Assembly (NCBI GenBank): GCA_964432145.1
Contig: CAYSMU010000002.1
Span: 1 to 29,761 of the forward strand
Direction of reading: 5' to 3'
Length of the DNA: 29,761 nt
Source: an uncultured Chloracidobacterium sp.
Lineage (GTDB): Bacteria; Acidobacteriota; Blastocatellia; Pyrinomonadales; Pyrinomonadaceae
In this document: piece by piece, positions 26,444-29,761 of the stretch
Numbering within the stretch: position 1 is the stretch's first letter
Layout of the letters: the number at the start of each line of letters is the position of its first letter
Position numbers and translations under genes: made by a program
The notes under the pieces: generated by a model
What the model was told of the DNA's origin: nothing
What the model saw: only the letters and a program-made list of their open reading frames with translations
The model's database searches: none

Positions 26444-27730
26444 TCATGCCTCATTCCTTGTCATGCGGGCGATGAAAAACCCATCCATACCGTCTCTTTG
26501 CGGCCACGTTCTCGCAAACCCCTCCGGGGTGACGAACGCGTCCGGTACCGCGGGTCCGGCCAGTCTGAACTCTCGCGAAACTTCGAGGAATCGCGCTATC
26601 ACCCCCTCGTTCTCATCCATCTCCAGCGAGCACGTCGAATAGACAAGCACACCACCGGGCCGTACGACTTTTGATGCATTTATCAAGATCGCCAGTTGTT
26701 TGGTTTGAAGTTCGATAAGATCATTCGGTTCAAGATGATACCGGATCTCCGGATTTCTTCTGATCGTTCCGGTCCCGGAACACGGGGCATCCACCAAAAC
26801 CGCCCCAAACCGGCCCTCTCCGAACGGAAGTCCGCCGACGGCGTCGTGCTGAACGACATCGACCGCCGCACCCTGCCGCCGGCAGTTCTCGGCCAGATGC
26901 CGGACCCGCGACCCGTGAAGGTCGCCCGCGACGACCTGCGAGTTCGGCTGAAGCGACGCGATCAGGCCGGCCTTGCCCCCGGGAGCCGCACAAACATCGA
27001 GTATCGGCCCAGCCGTATCTCTGAACAGGTAGGCGATCATTTGCGAGCCTTCGTCCTGTAAATAGATCTCGCCCTGTTCGGCGTGGCGGTTGAGCATCGC
27101 ACCGTGCCCCGCGATCGAGTAACAACCCGGAACATTCGGCGACTCGCGGGCGATCTCGAGCGTTGTTCTCAGTTCGGCAGTTGGATCTTTCAACAATCTG
27201 AACCACGTCGCCGGATTTTCGTTGTTCGCAACGGCGATCGCAGACGCCTCTCCCGCGCCAAACTGCTGCGTCCAACGCTCGATCAGCCACCTTGGATGCG
27301 ATGTCTCGACCGAGACCCTTTCGGTCTCATCGACAAAGCTTAAATTTGGCCGCTTCTCGCTTGCGCGTCGCAGTATGGCATTGACAAAGCCTTTAGCCGA
27401 AGACTTTCTCGCTGCCTGAACCAGATCGACGCTCTCGTTGATCGCAGAGTACGCCGGGATCTTGTCGAGAAAATAGAGCTGATATAAACCCAGCCGAAGC
27501 GCGACGCGAACCTCTATGTCGAGTTTCTTCCCACGCGAAAAGTGATCTATTATCCGATCGAGATAGATCTGGCGCCTTAGGGTGCCGAGCACCAACTCGT
27601 GGCACAGGCCGCGATCGATGTCGGACAGAGCTTCTTCGCGTTGCGGCAGCAGCACCGACGTAAATGCTTTCTCTGCCTCGACGCGTAAAAGTACGCCGAA
27701 CGCTGCGGATCTTGCCGGCGATATCTTCAT
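26444..27730 (-). CDS. rsmB: 16S rRNA m5C967 methyltransferase (Sun/Fmu) with NusB-like domain
   Basis: ELVLGTLR, LRLGLYQL, FVNAILR, QDEGSQ, LDVCAAPGGK, DAPCSGTG, YSTCS. Confidence 0.96.
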   Translation of the reverse strand: MKISPARSAAFGVLLRVEAEKAFTSVLLPQREEALSDIDRGLCHELVLGTLRRQIYLDRIIDHFSRGKKLDIEVRVALRLGLYQLYFLDKIPAYSAINESVDLVQAARKSSAKGFVNAILRRASEKRPNLSFVDETERVSVETSHPRWLIERWTQQFGAGEASAIAVANNENPATWFRLLKDPTAELRTTLEIARESPNVPGCYSIAGHGAMLNRHAEQGEIYLQDEGSQMIAYLFRDTAGPILDVCAAPGGKAGLIASLQPNSQVVAGDLHGSRVRHLAENCRRQGAAVDVVQHDAVGGLPFGEGRFGAVLVDAPCSGTGTIRRNPEIRYHLEPNDLIELQTKQLAILINASKVVRPGGVLVYSTCSLEMDENEGVIARFLEVSREFRLAGPAVPDAFVTPEGFARTWPQRDGMDGFFIARMTRNEA

Positions 27731-28515
27731 TCGGTGATCTTATAGGCGGGATTCTTTCGGTTAGCGGTTCGCTGGGACAGGTCCGGGCCGCTTCCTTTTT
27801 TCAGGTTGGCGTCGACCGTGACGCGTTCGTCGAAGACAAAACATTCGCCTTCCCAAAAGGTTTCCTCCGCCGGCGTATCTTCGAGGTATTTGAGTATTCC
27901 GCCTTCGAGCTGATATACCTCTGCGAATCCTAACTGCTTCATATACGGAGCGAACTTTTCACAGCGAATACCGCCCGTGCAGAACATGGCGATTCGCTTG
28001 TGCCGTTTGGGGTCGAGGTTTTTCTCGACGAATGCGGGCAGGTCGCTAAACCTTGTAACATCGGGGTTTACGGCACCATGGAACGTACCGGTCTTGAATT
28101 CATAATCGTTCCGCGTGTCCAGAACGACGGTCTCAGGATCAGAGATCAACGCGTTCCACTCTGCCGCCTTGACGTGGGTTCCCTGACCGAGCGAAATGTC
28201 GACCGGCCGCTTTAGAGTCACGATCTCGGGTTTGATCTTGACGTCCACTTTGCGGAACGGTGCCTTCTCATGAAATGAAGATTTGTATACCAGTGTAATC
28301 TCAAGGATCTCTTCTATCCGGGCAATAAATCTGGTCACGTCCGCAGGCCGGCCGCAGATCATGCCGTTGTAACCCTCGTACGCAATAATTATCGTTCCCC
28401 GAACGTCCGTGTCTATCACCGCCTGTTTCAACGCGGCACGGACCTCGGCCAAGGGCCCCAGCTCAGCTATGTCCTTGAACTCATAAAACGCAATGATCTG
28501 AATCGATTCCCTCAC
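27727..28515 (-). CDS. trhO: Oxygen-dependent tRNA U34 hydroxylase (YceA/UPF0176 rhodanese family)
   Basis: GTIIIAYEGYNG, VKIKPEIVT, LDTRNDYE, FCTGGIRCEK, VYQLEGGILKY, CFVFDER. GTG start overlaps the fmt stop. Confidence 0.93.
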   Translation of the reverse strand: MRESIQIIAFYEFKDIAELGPLAEVRAALKQAVIDTDVRGTIIIAYEGYNGMICGRPADVTRFIARIEEILEITLVYKSSFHEKAPFRKVDVKIKPEIVTLKRPVDISLGQGTHVKAAEWNALISDPETVVLDTRNDYEFKTGTFHGAVNPDVTRFSDLPAFVEKNLDPKRHKRIAMFCTGGIRCEKFAPYMKQLGFAEVYQLEGGILKYLEDTPAEETFWEGECFVFDERVTVDANLKKGSGPDLSQRTANRKNPAYKITE

Positions 28516-29435
28516 TAGCCAAGTATCTCACCAACTGGCAGTTTTGTGCCATTCAGAAGGTCACGAACGGCCATGCGGCGCTTCCCTTCAGCCTGTATTT
28601 CCTCGATCCTCACTGCGGTCTCACCGCCGCACGCGACGATGAGGCAGTCTCCGGCAGCTTCGAGTACCTCGCCCGGGCTGCCCGTGCCTTCCGTCGGATG
28701 TGTTTTCCAGATAGTCAGCCTTCCGCCGCCAAAATTAGTGAACGACGATGGAAATGGCTGGAAGGCCCTCACGCGATCGGCGATCTGTTTCCCGTTCATC
28801 GACCAATCTATGAGGCCATCTTCACGCTTCATTATCGGCGCGAGCGTCGCCTCAGCTTCGTTCTGTGCCGCGGGTACGATGCCGGGCAGATCTCGCAGCG
28901 TACGTGAGATAAGCTCAGCCCCCAGTTCCGCAAGCCGCTCCATCAATCCGATCGACGTTTCGTCATCCCCGATCGCCGTCTTTTCCTGCATCAAGATCGG
29001 CCCAGTGTCGAGCCCGGCGTCCATCTGCATCGTTGTGACCCCGGTCTCAACTTCGCCATTTGCGATCGCCCAATTGACGGGGGCCGCACCGCGATATTTC
29101 GGAAGCAGCGAAAAATGGACATTGATCGCACCGTGCGGAAACGCCGTGAGAAAGCCCTCCGGCAATATTCGGCCGTAGGCAACTACGACGGCGGCGTCAG
29201 CTGAAAACGCCCTGAATTCATCGAGTGCCTCCGCTGTACGGACCTTCAGAGGCTGCATCACCGGTATCGAGTTTCGAAGGGCGCATTCCTTTACGGGCGA
29301 GAACGTGATCTTGTTCCCACGGCCCGACGGGCGGTCGGGTTGTGTGTAAACGGCCACTACCTGATGGCCGTCAGCGATCAGACGCTCAAGCGACGGCACC
29401 GCCGCGAGCGGTGTGCCCATAAAGACTATTCTCAT
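28515..29435 (-). CDS. fmt: Methionyl-tRNA formyltransferase
   Basis: MRIVFMGTP, VYTQPDRPSGRG, VVVAYGRILP, INVHFSLLPKYRGAAP, GLDTG. Confidence 0.98.
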   Translation of the reverse strand: MRIVFMGTPLAAVPSLERLIADGHQVVAVYTQPDRPSGRGNKITFSPVKECALRNSIPVMQPLKVRTAEALDEFRAFSADAAVVVAYGRILPEGFLTAFPHGAINVHFSLLPKYRGAAPVNWAIANGEVETGVTTMQMDAGLDTGPILMQEKTAIGDDETSIGLMERLAELGAELISRTLRDLPGIVPAAQNEAEATLAPIMKREDGLIDWSMNGKQIADRVRAFQPFPSSFTNFGGGRLTIWKTHPTEGTGSPGEVLEAAGDCLIVACGGETAVRIEEIQAEGKRRMAVRDLLNGTKLPVGEILG

Positions 29436-29761
29436 TTTCGGCCCAGCCTCAAGGCGTCCGCCATAACGTAAAATATCCAGTTCTGCTCCATCGAGCCTCT
29501 AAATAGGTGTGCGTTCACGCCGGTCGCAAATATCGCGACGTCCTCACCCGCATGCGTCTCGGATGTAAACGGAATATTCGATTCCTGAAGGTAATTCGGG
29601 TCCAGCACTTTCTCTTCAGTAAGCTTTGGCCTTTCCACTCCCCGTGCGCCGGGACCGTTTGCGTAGCCCAAGGTCGTGTAAGGCATCTTGTTGCGATCAA
29701 GTTTGTAGTTTGGCTCGGGCTCGCCGCCGGCGCCGATCTCGCGGACCAGGCCGAGGATGTT
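29432..29761 (-). CDS. Alkaline phosphatase, C-terminal part (runs off the window edge)
   Basis: Frame is open to 29761 (NILGLVRE...KMPYTTLGYANGPG). SETHAGEDVAIFATG matches the alkaline phosphatase THxGEDV metal-ligand motif. Confidence 0.88.
   Translation of the reverse strand, partial: NILGLVREIGAGGEPEPNYKLDRNKMPYTTLGYANGPGARGVERPKLTEEKVLDPNYLQESNIPFTSETHAGEDVAIFATGVNAHLFRGSMEQNWIFYVMADALRLGRK

Overview
A gene-dense chromosomal window with no transposase, integrase, prophage or CRISPR array. The gene content and protein style suggest Acidobacteriota, probably Blastocatellia/Pyrinomonadaceae-like (inference). The housekeeping genes are acnA, tRNA-Glu(CTC), ggt, fur, a DUF2520 reductase, an M48 protease, and an apparent phoA'-fmt-trhO-rsmB-PASTA-rpe-bamD operon. 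There is also a C25 gingipain-like peptidase, a SRAP protein, YbjQ, a CrtC-like protein, an NRAMP-related transporter and an MscS-cNMP channel. Four observations stand out. (1) Three tandem paralogous zinc-ribbon/2-TM proteins share a conserved C-terminal peptide. (2) An ECF-sigma-like promoter motif, GAAC-N17-CGTTAGGT, occurs with all 12 fixed bases identical both in front of that triplet and in front of an unrelated pair of hypothetical genes 7.7 kb away, suggesting an uncharacterised stress regulon. (3) A 16/18-matching CIRCE (HrcA operator) lies directly upstream of a solitary 1161-aa DUF6079/BrxC-like P-loop protein that has a degenerate Walker B and no BREX partners. (4) BamD lacks a lipobox and carries a long N-terminal coiled-coil. 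All family assignments come from motif recognition by eye; no database search was run.
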